The notes under the pieces are model-generated. The model did not search any database and had not been told where the DNA came from. It saw nothing but the letters and a program-made list of their open reading frames with translations. A program made the translations under genes and the position numbers. DNA of 11,493 nucleotides from Campylobacterales bacterium (lineage in GTDB: Bacteria > Campylobacterota > Campylobacteria > Campylobacterales > Sulfurimonadaceae): contig JBBRBK010000063.1 in NCBI GenBank assembly GCA_038205935.1, positions 1 to 11,493 of the forward strand, given 5' to 3'. Each line of letters begins with the position of its first letter. Positions within the stretch are counted from its first letter, which is position 1. Shown one piece after another: positions 1-7,232 of this stretch.

Positions 1-1236
1 CGTTATATTTGTAAAGATGGACATATGATTTGGAGCAATCTTTCTGTCGTCATCATACGTAACAATCTTAAAAAACCCCTCTATTTCATCTCAATTATTC
101 AAGATATTTCTCAGATTAAAATGTTGACACTCGAACTTGAATCAAAAAAGAATGAGCTTGAAAATGTTATACATTTTGCTCCAAATCCAATTATCCTGTT
201 TAGTGAAGATGGCACTATTCTTATGATGAACAATGCGTGGAAAGATACAACAGGTTACTCACTCAAAGAGATTCCAAATATCCAGATATGGAAAACAAAA
301 GCATGTAAAGTCCATAGTTCTTTTGAACAAATCAATATAGAAAAACTCTTCTTAGAAAATATACCTTTAAATATGGGCGAAGTGAAGATTCTTACAAAAG
401 ATGAAAAAGAGTTAACGTGGATATTTTCTATTTCTCCCTTAGAAAACAGTTACAATGGCAAGCGTGTCATCATCGCCTCTGCTATGGATGTCACACAAAT
501 GCATCGCAATGAAGAACTGATGCTTTTACAATCCCGTCAAGCCGCAATGGGTGATATGATAGGAATGATCGCTCATCAATGGAGACAGCCGCTTAGTGTT
601 ATTGGTATGGTTGCAAATAACCTCAAAGCTGCATTAGCGCTTAAGAAAGAGATCAGCATTGAAGATATCCAAAAACTTACAACTATTTTGGATGAGCAGA
701 CACACTATCTCAGTCATACTATTGATGATTTTAGAACATTTTTTAAACCTGAAAAAGCAAAAGAGAAGATCTCACTATGCAAGATTTTCGAAAAACTAAA
801 AAGTATGCTGCTTAAAACTCTTGAAAATAACAATATTATTTTAGAGTTTACACATAGTTGCGGGATTGAAATTGAAACGTATCCAAATGAACTCGTACAA
901 GTTCTCTTAAATCTTATCAATAATGCCAAAGATGCAATAAAAGAGCGTCAGATACACAATGGGAAAATTATCATCGACACACAATCAGATGCAGAGAATA
1001 TCTCTATCCTTGTCAAAGACAATGCAGGCGGAATCGATAAATCTGTCATAGCAAATCTCGGAGAACCTTATGTCACCACAAAAAGTAAAAATGGTACAGG
1101 ACTTGGGATATATATGTCTTTGATGATCTTAGGTAAACACTTTCATGGAAACTTAACATGGAAAAACTGTGAAGATGGTAGTTGCTTTACGATCATCCTT
1201 CCCTTACAAATCACACAAGATGGAGAGATACAATGA
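1..1236 (+). CDS. PAS/PAC-domain sensor histidine kinase, 5'-truncated by the window edge
   Basis: The frame is open from base 1 (RYICKDGHMIWSNLSVVIIR...YFISIIQDI is a PAC motif, so the ATG at 25 is internal). A second PAS follows (APNPIILFSEDGTILMMNNAW). Kinase motifs: H-box IAHQWRQPL, N-box LINNAKDA, G1 DNAGGI, F-box EPYVTTK, G2 GTGLGIY. Confidence 0.93.
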   Translation, partial: RYICKDGHMIWSNLSVVIIRNNLKKPLYFISIIQDISQIKMLTLELESKKNELENVIHFAPNPIILFSEDGTILMMNNAWKDTTGYSLKEIPNIQIWKTKACKVHSSFEQINIEKLFLENIPLNMGEVKILTKDEKELTWIFSISPLENSYNGKRVIIASAMDVTQMHRNEELMLLQSRQAAMGDMIGMIAHQWRQPLSVIGMVANNLKAALALKKEISIEDIQKLTTILDEQTHYLSHTIDDFRTFFKPEKAKEKISLCKIFEKLKSMLLKTLENNNIILEFTHSCGIEIETYPNELVQVLLNLINNAKDAIKERQIHNGKIIIDTQSDAENISILVKDNAGGIDKSVIANLGEPYVTTKSKNGTGLGIYMSLMILGKHFHGNLTWKNCEDGSCFTIILPLQITQDGEIQ

Positions 1237-2765
1237 CAGATATGCTAGAACTCAAACAAAACTGTTCTACTCTTAATATTTTATATGTTGAAGATGATGC
1301 AAAACTCCAAGATATCGTAACTGATTATCTAAAAATGCTTTTTGCAAGCGTTGTTTATGCAGAGGATGGCGAAATAGGTCTTGAAAAATTTCAAGAAAAT
1401 GAATTTGATCTTGTTCTTACAGATATTCAGATGCCTCGAATGAACGGCATCGAGATGATAGAAGCAATCAGAAAAATACAGCCTGAACAAGAGATTATCA
1501 TCTTAACTGCTTTTTCTGAGTCTATCTATTTTATGGATGCTATACGTCTTGATGTCAGCGGATATCTTATGAAGCCTGTTGACTTTGAAAGCATAAATCA
1601 AACACTTTCTCGCATAACTCAAAAAATCATTGCGATACAAGAAAATCAACGCTATAAACAAGACTTAGAAAAAATGGTTCATGAAGAAGTGGAAAAAAAC
1701 ACTACCCTTGAACAAGAAAAAATCTATAACTATGAACAAACACTTCTAGCTCTTGTAGAGATGATAGAGCGTCGTGACACCTACACAGGCGGTCACTCTG
1801 AGCGTGTGGCAATCTACTGTAAAGCCATAGCAAAGCAGGCTGGATGTTCACAAGAGGATTGTGATCTTATCTATAGAGCCGGAATTTTGCATGACATAGG
1901 CAAGATCGTGACACCAGATTCCGTCTTACTCAAACCGGGAAAACTTGAAGAAAATGAGTATAGACTCATCCAAGAACATGTGACTGCGGGCAAAGAGATG
2001 CTTGAAAAGATACCGATGTACAAAGAACTCTCCATCATAGTCGGCTCACACCATGAAAGGTATGATGGACACGGATATCCAAAAGGGTTCAAAGGTGAAG
2101 AGGTTCCATTTTTATCAAGGATGATGATCATCGCCGATGCCTTTGATGCTATGACGACAAACCGCATCTATAAAACGCGGCTTAGCAAAGAAGAAGCGCT
2201 TCAAGAGATAAGAGACAAAAGTGGTACGCAGTTTGATCCAGCGCTCACAGAATCTGCAATACAAGCGCTCGATGGGATAGATACAGATATTTATACAACG
2301 CAGATGCCCTTTGGAGATATCGAAAAGGAACGTTTTGCCTATTTTTATAGAGATCAGGTTACTGGAATGTACAATCAATCTTACCTTGATCTTGTCTTAC
2401 TTCAAAATAAGAGTTCTCAAAAATATCATTTTTTGTGTTTAGTCGATCTGCATAAATTCAGTGCTTACAATCAAAAAAACAGTTGGCAAAAGGGAGATGA
2501 ACTTCTCAAAGCTATAGCAAACTATCTTCAAAACAATTGTAAAAACTGTCTGATCTTTCGTTTTGAAGGAGATGATTTTGTGATCATATCAGAGAATGCG
2601 GCCGAACTTAGCACATCCTCCGTCGATCATCTACTTCAAACTTATGACAAAGAACTTTTTTCAAGTATAAAAGAGTTTAATATATACGAAAAAAATATCT
2701 ATTCTTTTCTTAGTCTAGAAAATGAGTTAAAAAGTCTTAAGCGCGCATATCAGGTATCAGTGTAA
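1233..2765 (+). CDS. Response regulator: REC + HD-GYP phosphodiesterase + C-terminal degenerate GGDEF-like domain (510 aa)
   Basis: ATG at 1233 overlaps the kinase stop (ATGA) and has GGAG upstream. REC motifs: YVEDD, LVLTDIQMPRMNG, LTA, KP. HD-GYP motifs: ERRDTYTGGH, HDIGK, HHERYDGHGYP, DAFDAMTTNRIYK. GGDEF-like motifs: RDQVTGMYN, DLHKFSAYN, GDELL, FRFEGDDF. Confidence 0.92.
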   Translation: MTDMLELKQNCSTLNILYVEDDAKLQDIVTDYLKMLFASVVYAEDGEIGLEKFQENEFDLVLTDIQMPRMNGIEMIEAIRKIQPEQEIIILTAFSESIYFMDAIRLDVSGYLMKPVDFESINQTLSRITQKIIAIQENQRYKQDLEKMVHEEVEKNTTLEQEKIYNYEQTLLALVEMIERRDTYTGGHSERVAIYCKAIAKQAGCSQEDCDLIYRAGILHDIGKIVTPDSVLLKPGKLEENEYRLIQEHVTAGKEMLEKIPMYKELSIIVGSHHERYDGHGYPKGFKGEEVPFLSRMMIIADAFDAMTTNRIYKTRLSKEEALQEIRDKSGTQFDPALTESAIQALDGIDTDIYTTQMPFGDIEKERFAYFYRDQVTGMYNQSYLDLVLLQNKSSQKYHFLCLVDLHKFSAYNQKNSWQKGDELLKAIANYLQNNCKNCLIFRFEGDDFVIISENAAELSTSSVDHLLQTYDKELFSSIKEFNIYEKNIYSFLSLENELKSLKRAYQVSV

Positions 2766-3864
2766 TCTGCGTTATCTCAGAACTCGCACCCAAACGCATT
2801 GGCGGGCCCCAGTAACCTGTTCCACGGTTTACGTAAATCTGAAGATCAGCAGTATGCTGGTGCAGTCCGCTGATATATGGTTGATTTAGAGCGACTAAAA
2901 AACGAAACGGGTATATCTGTCCGCCGTGCGTATGTCCGCTTAACATCAAGTCCACACCCTCGCCTACTTCTTCGATGAACTTTGGTTGATGCGCTAACAA
3001 AATAGTCGGTGCATCTTCTCTACATGTAAGGGCTTTTTGTAAATCTGGCATATAAGTTCCTGCTCTGTATCCAAAAAGATCATACACACCCACAAGATTA
3101 AATCCTTCACCTTTTGACCCTATATAGACATTTTCATTTTCTAAAACTCTGATGCCGCGCGCTTTTACATTTTCTATAATCTTTGCAATTCCGTGAAAAT
3201 ACTCATGATTTCCGACAATATAAGTAACTCCGTACACTGACTTGAGTGATTTGAGTTCATCAAGAATCGCCCCAGCATTTTCGATCTTTATATCTACAAG
3301 ATCTCCCGTAATGACGATGAGATCTGGACTCAGCGCATTCACTTTTTCTACGACCTCTTTTACAAAACTTTTTCCTACAAGTCCGCCGATATGCAAGTCG
3401 CTAATCTGAACGATCTTATAAGGTTGCTTGAGATTTTTTATCTTGATATTTACTTTTTCGATCACTATAGTTCTGGCTTCCACCATCGCTTTAGCGCTCA
3501 GCGCAAAAGCCACACCAAAAGATGAGATATCTAGGGAGCGTTTGAAAAATGCCCGTCTTGAGTTAGAAAGCGGAATCTTCAAGAGAATAACACGTGAAAA
3601 GTCATACACAAGCGCAGTACAAAAAAGTAAAAACACGATGCCGATAGGAACTGAAAAGAGAAAGTAAAGCCAGTTTGGAGTGTTTACAAAATAGCGTGCA
3701 AACATGTAACCGATAATGCCTAGATAGTTTATCACTAAAAATATGTTGAGGGAGTGTTTGATACTTTTTCTTGCATCAAGCTTTAAAATCAGTCTTTTGT
3801 AGATGTAAAAATTGATAAGAGCAAAGACCGATAAGAAGATCACACTAAAATATATAAGATTCAT
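2737..3864 (-). CDS. Membrane-anchored calcineurin-like metallophosphoesterase (YkuE/YaeI-like)
   Basis: N-terminal hydrophobic helices followed by the five metallophosphoesterase motifs SDLH, TGDLVD, GNHE, LAHQP and SGHTHGGQ, plus the family C-terminus RGTGYWGPPMRLG..SEI. The 3' end overlaps the convergent gene by 29 bp. Confidence 0.92.
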   Translation of the reverse strand: MNLIYFSVIFLSVFALINFYIYKRLILKLDARKSIKHSLNIFLVINYLGIIGYMFARYFVNTPNWLYFLFSVPIGIVFLLFCTALVYDFSRVILLKIPLSNSRRAFFKRSLDISSFGVAFALSAKAMVEARTIVIEKVNIKIKNLKQPYKIVQISDLHIGGLVGKSFVKEVVEKVNALSPDLIVITGDLVDIKIENAGAILDELKSLKSVYGVTYIVGNHEYFHGIAKIIENVKARGIRVLENENVYIGSKGEGFNLVGVYDLFGYRAGTYMPDLQKALTCREDAPTILLAHQPKFIEEVGEGVDLMLSGHTHGGQIYPFRFLVALNQPYISGLHQHTADLQIYVNRGTGYWGPPMRLGASSEITQITLIPDMRA

Positions 3865-3871
3865 AAAGCGG

Positions 3872-3880
3872 ATTATAGCA
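3872..3880 (-). promoter_or_regulatory. Extended -10 promoter (TGCTATAAT) of the metallophosphoesterase gene, probably giving a leaderless transcript
   Basis: The minus strand reads TGC-TATAAT-CCGCTTT-ATG: a perfect extended -10 located 7 nt before the start codon, with no Shine-Dalgarno. Confidence 0.65.
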
Positions 3881-3908
3881 ACAAATAAAAAATAGATTTA
3901 TCTAAATT

Positions 3909-3936
3909 TGATACAATGGTCTTACATGTAAGGAGT
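3909..3936 (+). promoter_or_regulatory. Extended -10 (TGATACAAT) and Shine-Dalgarno (AAGGAG) of the glutaminase gene
   Basis: TGATACAAT at 3909-3917, AAGGAG at 3930-3935, ATG at 3942. Confidence 0.6.
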
Positions 3937-3941
3937 TAAAA

Positions 3942-4865
3942 ATGGATTTTCAACAGATACTGTTAGAGATACAAGAGGAGATAAAACCCTTTTTAAAAGA
4001 GGGAAAAGTCGCCGACTACATCCCAGCACTCAGCCGTGTCAATCCTGACCAGTTTGCTATGAGTATCACCCTTTTTGATGGCACTTCTTATCATATAGGA
4101 TGTAGCGAGGATAAGTTTTCCATCCAAAGTATCTCAAAAGTGTTTACCTTCACAAAAGCGGTCAACATCTACAGTAAAGCACTCTACACAAGAGTGGGCA
4201 AAGAGCCATCGGGAAATCCTTTTAACTCTTTAGTGCAACTTGAGTATGAACATGGAAAACCAAGAAATCCCTTCATAAATGCCGGTGCTATCGTCATCAC
4301 GGACACACTGATCTCTCACTATCAAAACAGTACAGATACTTTTGATCGTATTTTAGATTTTATAAGAGCGATTTCAGATGATGAGACCATTACGTATGAT
4401 CAAGAAGTGTGCGATTCTGAATATGAACACGGCTTTAGAAATCTAGCCCTTGCAAATCTCATGAAGAGTTTTAACAACCTTGAAAATGATGTACACGATG
4501 TAGTTAAGACCTACTTCAAACACTGCGCTATCGCTATGAGTACAAAAGAGCTCTCTCGTGCAATGCTATTTTTGGCAAATCACGGCGTAGACCCAATCAC
4601 AGATCATGAGTTTGTAACGGTCAATCAGGCAAAAAGGGTCAATGCGCTTATGCTTACATGTGGACATTATGATGCTTCTGGAGAGTTTGCTTTTCATGTG
4701 GGATTACCTGCGAAAAGCGGTGTGGGAGGGGGAATCGTGGCTGTTGTTCCAAAAGTGATGAGTATCGCAGTCTTTTCACCGCGTCTAAATTCTTGGGGCA
4801 ACTCTCACGCTGGGACAAAAGCGCTTGAGATGTTTACCCAAAAAACTGGGCTCTCTATCTTTTAA
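3942..4865 (+). CDS. glsA: Glutaminase (serine beta-lactamase-like fold)
   Basis: Motifs GKVADYIPAL, FSIQSISK (catalytic SxxK), VGKEPSG.PFNS, PRNPFINAGA, TCGHYDASGEFAFHVGLPAKSGVGGG and SPRLNSWGNS. The 307-aa length is typical and the RBS is strong. Confidence 0.96.
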   Translation: MDFQQILLEIQEEIKPFLKEGKVADYIPALSRVNPDQFAMSITLFDGTSYHIGCSEDKFSIQSISKVFTFTKAVNIYSKALYTRVGKEPSGNPFNSLVQLEYEHGKPRNPFINAGAIVITDTLISHYQNSTDTFDRILDFIRAISDDETITYDQEVCDSEYEHGFRNLALANLMKSFNNLENDVHDVVKTYFKHCAIAMSTKELSRAMLFLANHGVDPITDHEFVTVNQAKRVNALMLTCGHYDASGEFAFHVGLPAKSGVGGGIVAVVPKVMSIAVFSPRLNSWGNSHAGTKALEMFTQKTGLSIF

Positions 4866-4876
4866 GAGAGCTTTTT
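4850..4876 (+). terminator. Probable intrinsic terminator of the glutaminase gene, overlapping its stop codon
   Basis: GCTCTCT (4850-4856), 8-nt loop, AGAGAGC (4865-4871), then TTTTT (4872-4876). It lies at the junction of two convergent genes. Confidence 0.55.
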
Positions 4877-5714
4877 ACCAAGAGCTGTCATCATCTGTGC
4901 TAGAACTATTGTCATCCCAAGAAGAACCATCTGAGATACCAAAATCAGTGTCTCCTGCGTCGTTTGTTGGTTGCACATTATTGTTGCTATTGTCCAATAT
5001 TGGTGAATTGTTTGATGAAGAATCTTTATGATCCGTAAAATGGTGCATCAACTCTTCCGCTGCAACCATACCAACACCCGCCGCAGCTCCTGTTGCAAGT
5101 CCACTCATGATATTACTTCCTAAACCGCCACCTTGGTTAGGTTGATTGCCTTGATTGTAGCCGTTACTATTAGGATAACCGCCTTGCTGTGGCGCTGTGT
5201 TATTCCCGTATGCAGGCGCTTGGTTGTATTGATTTTGTTTACGCGAAGAAAATGATTTCCAGATCATAACGACAAGAAAAACAACTCCGCCCGTAAGAAG
5301 GAAGGTCATCCAAGGAAATCCGCTTGATTTGTTTTCTTGAGTGTTTTGATGCATCTGCACATTTGGACTAGTTTGAATATTTTGACTTTTTTGCACTGCA
5401 TTGCTACCAATCATCTGCTTTAAAGCAACAACCGCTTCAGGCTTTGCAAAAGGAAGTTTTGGTGAAAGCTGTTCTGCGATGGCGAGCTCATCATGCGCTG
5501 CTTTTTTGTTACCTTGACGTACTAAAATCTCAGCATCTACAAAGTGTGCTTTTGCACTATCTGGATGTTTTGCAAGCACCTCTTCTATCATCTTGTGCGC
5601 TTCATCTAATTTCCCAGAAGCCATTGTCTGGTAGATCTGATGTACGTTTGACTCAGCAAATAGCGCCGTTGCGCATATGAGTAATATAAAAAACGTTTTT
5701 TGTATGTTCAACAT
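4875..5714 (-). CDS. Tetratricopeptide-repeat membrane protein (signal peptide, TPR-like domain, TM helix, Gly/Asn/Gln- and Asp/Ser-rich tail)
   Basis: Signal peptide ends ALFA. TPR-like helices: GKLDEAHKMIEEVLAKHPDSAKAHFVDAEILVRQG. TM segment: FPWMTFLLTGGVVFLVVMIW, followed by basic residues. A start at 5714 is preferred to 5723 because AAGGA lies 8 nt upstream of it. Confidence 0.8.
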   Translation of the reverse strand: MLNIQKTFFILLICATALFAESNVHQIYQTMASGKLDEAHKMIEEVLAKHPDSAKAHFVDAEILVRQGNKKAAHDELAIAEQLSPKLPFAKPEAVVALKQMIGSNAVQKSQNIQTSPNVQMHQNTQENKSSGFPWMTFLLTGGVVFLVVMIWKSFSSRKQNQYNQAPAYGNNTAPQQGGYPNSNGYNQGNQPNQGGGLGSNIMSGLATGAAAGVGMVAAEELMHHFTDHKDSSSNNSPILDNSNNNVQPTNDAGDTDFGISDGSSWDDNSSSTDDDSSW

Positions 5715-5781
5715 TGAAGGCATCCTTTTGAGTTCTTAAAAATATTAAGAATCATACTCACTAATAGTAAATCCAGAACGA

Positions 5782-5819
5782 ACAATCTTCATACAATCTT
5801 CATAATACTTCACTACAAT
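5782..5819 (+). promoter_or_regulatory. cyc2 promoter: tandem 11-bp direct repeat (ACAATCTTCAT x2, plus a third CTTCA) upstream of a TACAAT -10 box; likely OmpR/PhoB-family activator site
   Basis: ACAATCTTCAT at 5782-5792 and 5793-5803, CTTCAC at 5808-5813, TACAAT at 5814-5819, AGGT RBS-like at 5836-5839, ATG at 5849. Confidence 0.65.
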
Positions 5820-5848
5820 ATTTTAAAATCTAAACAGGTAGTTTAAAA

Positions 5849-7159
5849 ATGAAAAAAACAACATTCTCAAGTGCTGCAATTGCAACACTTTTTCTTACAA
5901 TCATAGGTGTAGATAACGCTTATGCCCTTCCAAGTTTTGCACGTCAAACGGGGCTTAGCTGTACTATGTGTCACGCGGGCGGACAGTTTCCCGCATTGAC
6001 AGAGATGGGACGCCAGTTTAAGCTCGGTGGTTACACTATGGGTGGAGGCGAGACAAAGATGCCTCTTCCTTTGGCAGCTATGGTTCAAGTGGCTATGAGT
6101 TCTACTAAAAACGGTTCTGATGCTACGGCGGCGGCAAGCGCAAATGGTGTAAATGAAAATAACAAAGTTAATTTTCCTCAGATGAGTGTTTTTTACGGTG
6201 GGAAGATTTATGATAACTTTGGTGCCTTCGTACAGATCACATATGACTCTTCTGATCTGCCAAAAGATCTAACTACAAGGAGAATAAGTGCGGATAATAC
6301 CGATATCCGTTATGGTAACTCTACGACTCTTTTAAATAACTCTTTAGTCTACGGTGCTTCACTCAATAATAATCCAACCCTCCAAGATATCTATGCAAGT
6401 ACACCGGCGTGGGGCTTTCCTTGGGCAACTCCAGCCATTTCAGCAAGCGTAGCGGGACCGATGATTGAAAGTCTTGGTCATACTGTCGTAGGATTGAATG
6501 CTTATGGACTTTATGCTGATACGCTTTATCTTGAGCTTGGAGGTTATCAAGACTCGTACAACAGAGATGACATACTAAAAAACTTGACTTTTAATAATGG
6601 TCCTGTTGGTCTACAGTCTGGTAATGATGGAGTTTTAGATGGTACTGCGCCGTATCTACGTTTAGCTCTTCAGCATACATTTGGAGATAACTTTTTTATG
6701 ATTGGCGGTTATGGCTCGAAGATGAATATTAAACAGGCCGGTACAAACCAACTTGATGAATATACTGATGTGGCACTTGATGGTGAGTATCAATATATTG
6801 CTGATACCCATTCACTGACACTTACGGCTAGAAATACCTGGGAAAAGCAGACTTTAAACGGCAGTAATGATGGAGGAGTAAATGCTAATCTTCATCAGTC
6901 TCTTTCTGTATTTTCTGCGATGGCAGCGTATACTTTTGATTCAAAATATGGAGTCAACCTCGGATACAATCAGGCATCTGGCAGTGGATATGTTTCAAGT
7001 CAAGATTCGAGCGCATATCTTATTGAAGCAGCCTACACACCTATCGAAAGTGTCCGTATAGTTTTACAAGGTATGATCTTTACAAAGATAAACGGACAAA
7101 CAGGCAGTGCAGCATCTGATAATAATACTATAACGCTTGGTGCTTGGTTCATGTTCTAA
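5849..7159 (+). CDS. cyc2: Cyc2-family fused monoheme cytochrome c / outer-membrane beta-barrel porin
   Basis: Sec signal peptide (AYA|L), then LPSFARQTGLSCTMCH (PxFAR[Q/K][T/Y] plus a single CxxCH at C38/C41/H42) and FPALTEMGRQFKLGGY, the Cyc2 N-terminal signature. The rest has amphipathic beta-strand character and ends in C-terminal aromatic residues (LGAWFMF). Length 436 aa. Confidence 0.88.
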   Translation: MKKTTFSSAAIATLFLTIIGVDNAYALPSFARQTGLSCTMCHAGGQFPALTEMGRQFKLGGYTMGGGETKMPLPLAAMVQVAMSSTKNGSDATAAASANGVNENNKVNFPQMSVFYGGKIYDNFGAFVQITYDSSDLPKDLTTRRISADNTDIRYGNSTTLLNNSLVYGASLNNNPTLQDIYASTPAWGFPWATPAISASVAGPMIESLGHTVVGLNAYGLYADTLYLELGGYQDSYNRDDILKNLTFNNGPVGLQSGNDGVLDGTAPYLRLALQHTFGDNFFMIGGYGSKMNIKQAGTNQLDEYTDVALDGEYQYIADTHSLTLTARNTWEKQTLNGSNDGGVNANLHQSLSVFSAMAAYTFDSKYGVNLGYNQASGSGYVSSQDSSAYLIEAAYTPIESVRIVLQGMIFTKINGQTGSAASDNNTITLGAWFMF

Positions 7160-7162
7160 TGA

Positions 7163-7197
7163 AAGAAGAGTAAGACAGATTTATCTGCTTACTTCTT
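7163..7197 (+). terminator. Imperfect stem-loop directly after the cyc2 stop (weak terminator or mRNA-stabilising hairpin)
   Basis: AGTAAG-A-CAGAT / TT / ATCTG-CTTACT pairing (7169-7193), extendable by AAGAA/TTCTT. There is no clean poly-U tail. Confidence 0.45.
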
Positions 7198-7232
7198 GAT
7201 ATAGTGACAAAAATTTAAACTAGGAGAAAATC

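Noticed and set aside
25..27. ATG at 25 as the kinase start
   Set aside because: The frame is open from base 1 and the upstream codons continue a PAC motif (RYICKDGH), so the gene starts before the window.
1182..1232. 17-codon N-terminal extension of the REC-HD-GYP ORF
   Set aside because: It overlaps the kinase C-terminus. The ATG at 1233 has a GGAG RBS and the ATGA coupling overlap.
714..2378. Short minus-strand ORFs 714-929, 1871-2167 and 2115-2378
   Set aside because: These are antisense shadows of well-supported genes and carry no recognisable motifs.
2737..2765. 29-bp convergent gene overlap as evidence of a frameshift or pseudogene
   Set aside because: Both proteins retain plausible C-termini, and short tail-to-tail overlaps are common in compact genomes.
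5782..5813. Tandem repeat as a CRISPR remnant, VNTR or insertion target-site duplication
   Set aside because: There are only two adjacent 11-bp units, with no spacers, cas genes or transposase. Its position relative to a -10 box fits a regulator site better.
3428..6088. Short ORFs 3428-3667, 4825-5031, 5444-5680 and 5867-6088 (the last is Cys-rich)
   Set aside because: All lie mainly antisense to, or overlap, convincing genes. The Cys richness reflects the reverse-complement codons of cyc2.
6119..6139. DATAAAS in Cyc2 as an ApbE flavinylation site
   Set aside because: It has the D-x5-S spacing but lacks the [S/T]GA core. This is too weak to call without experiment.
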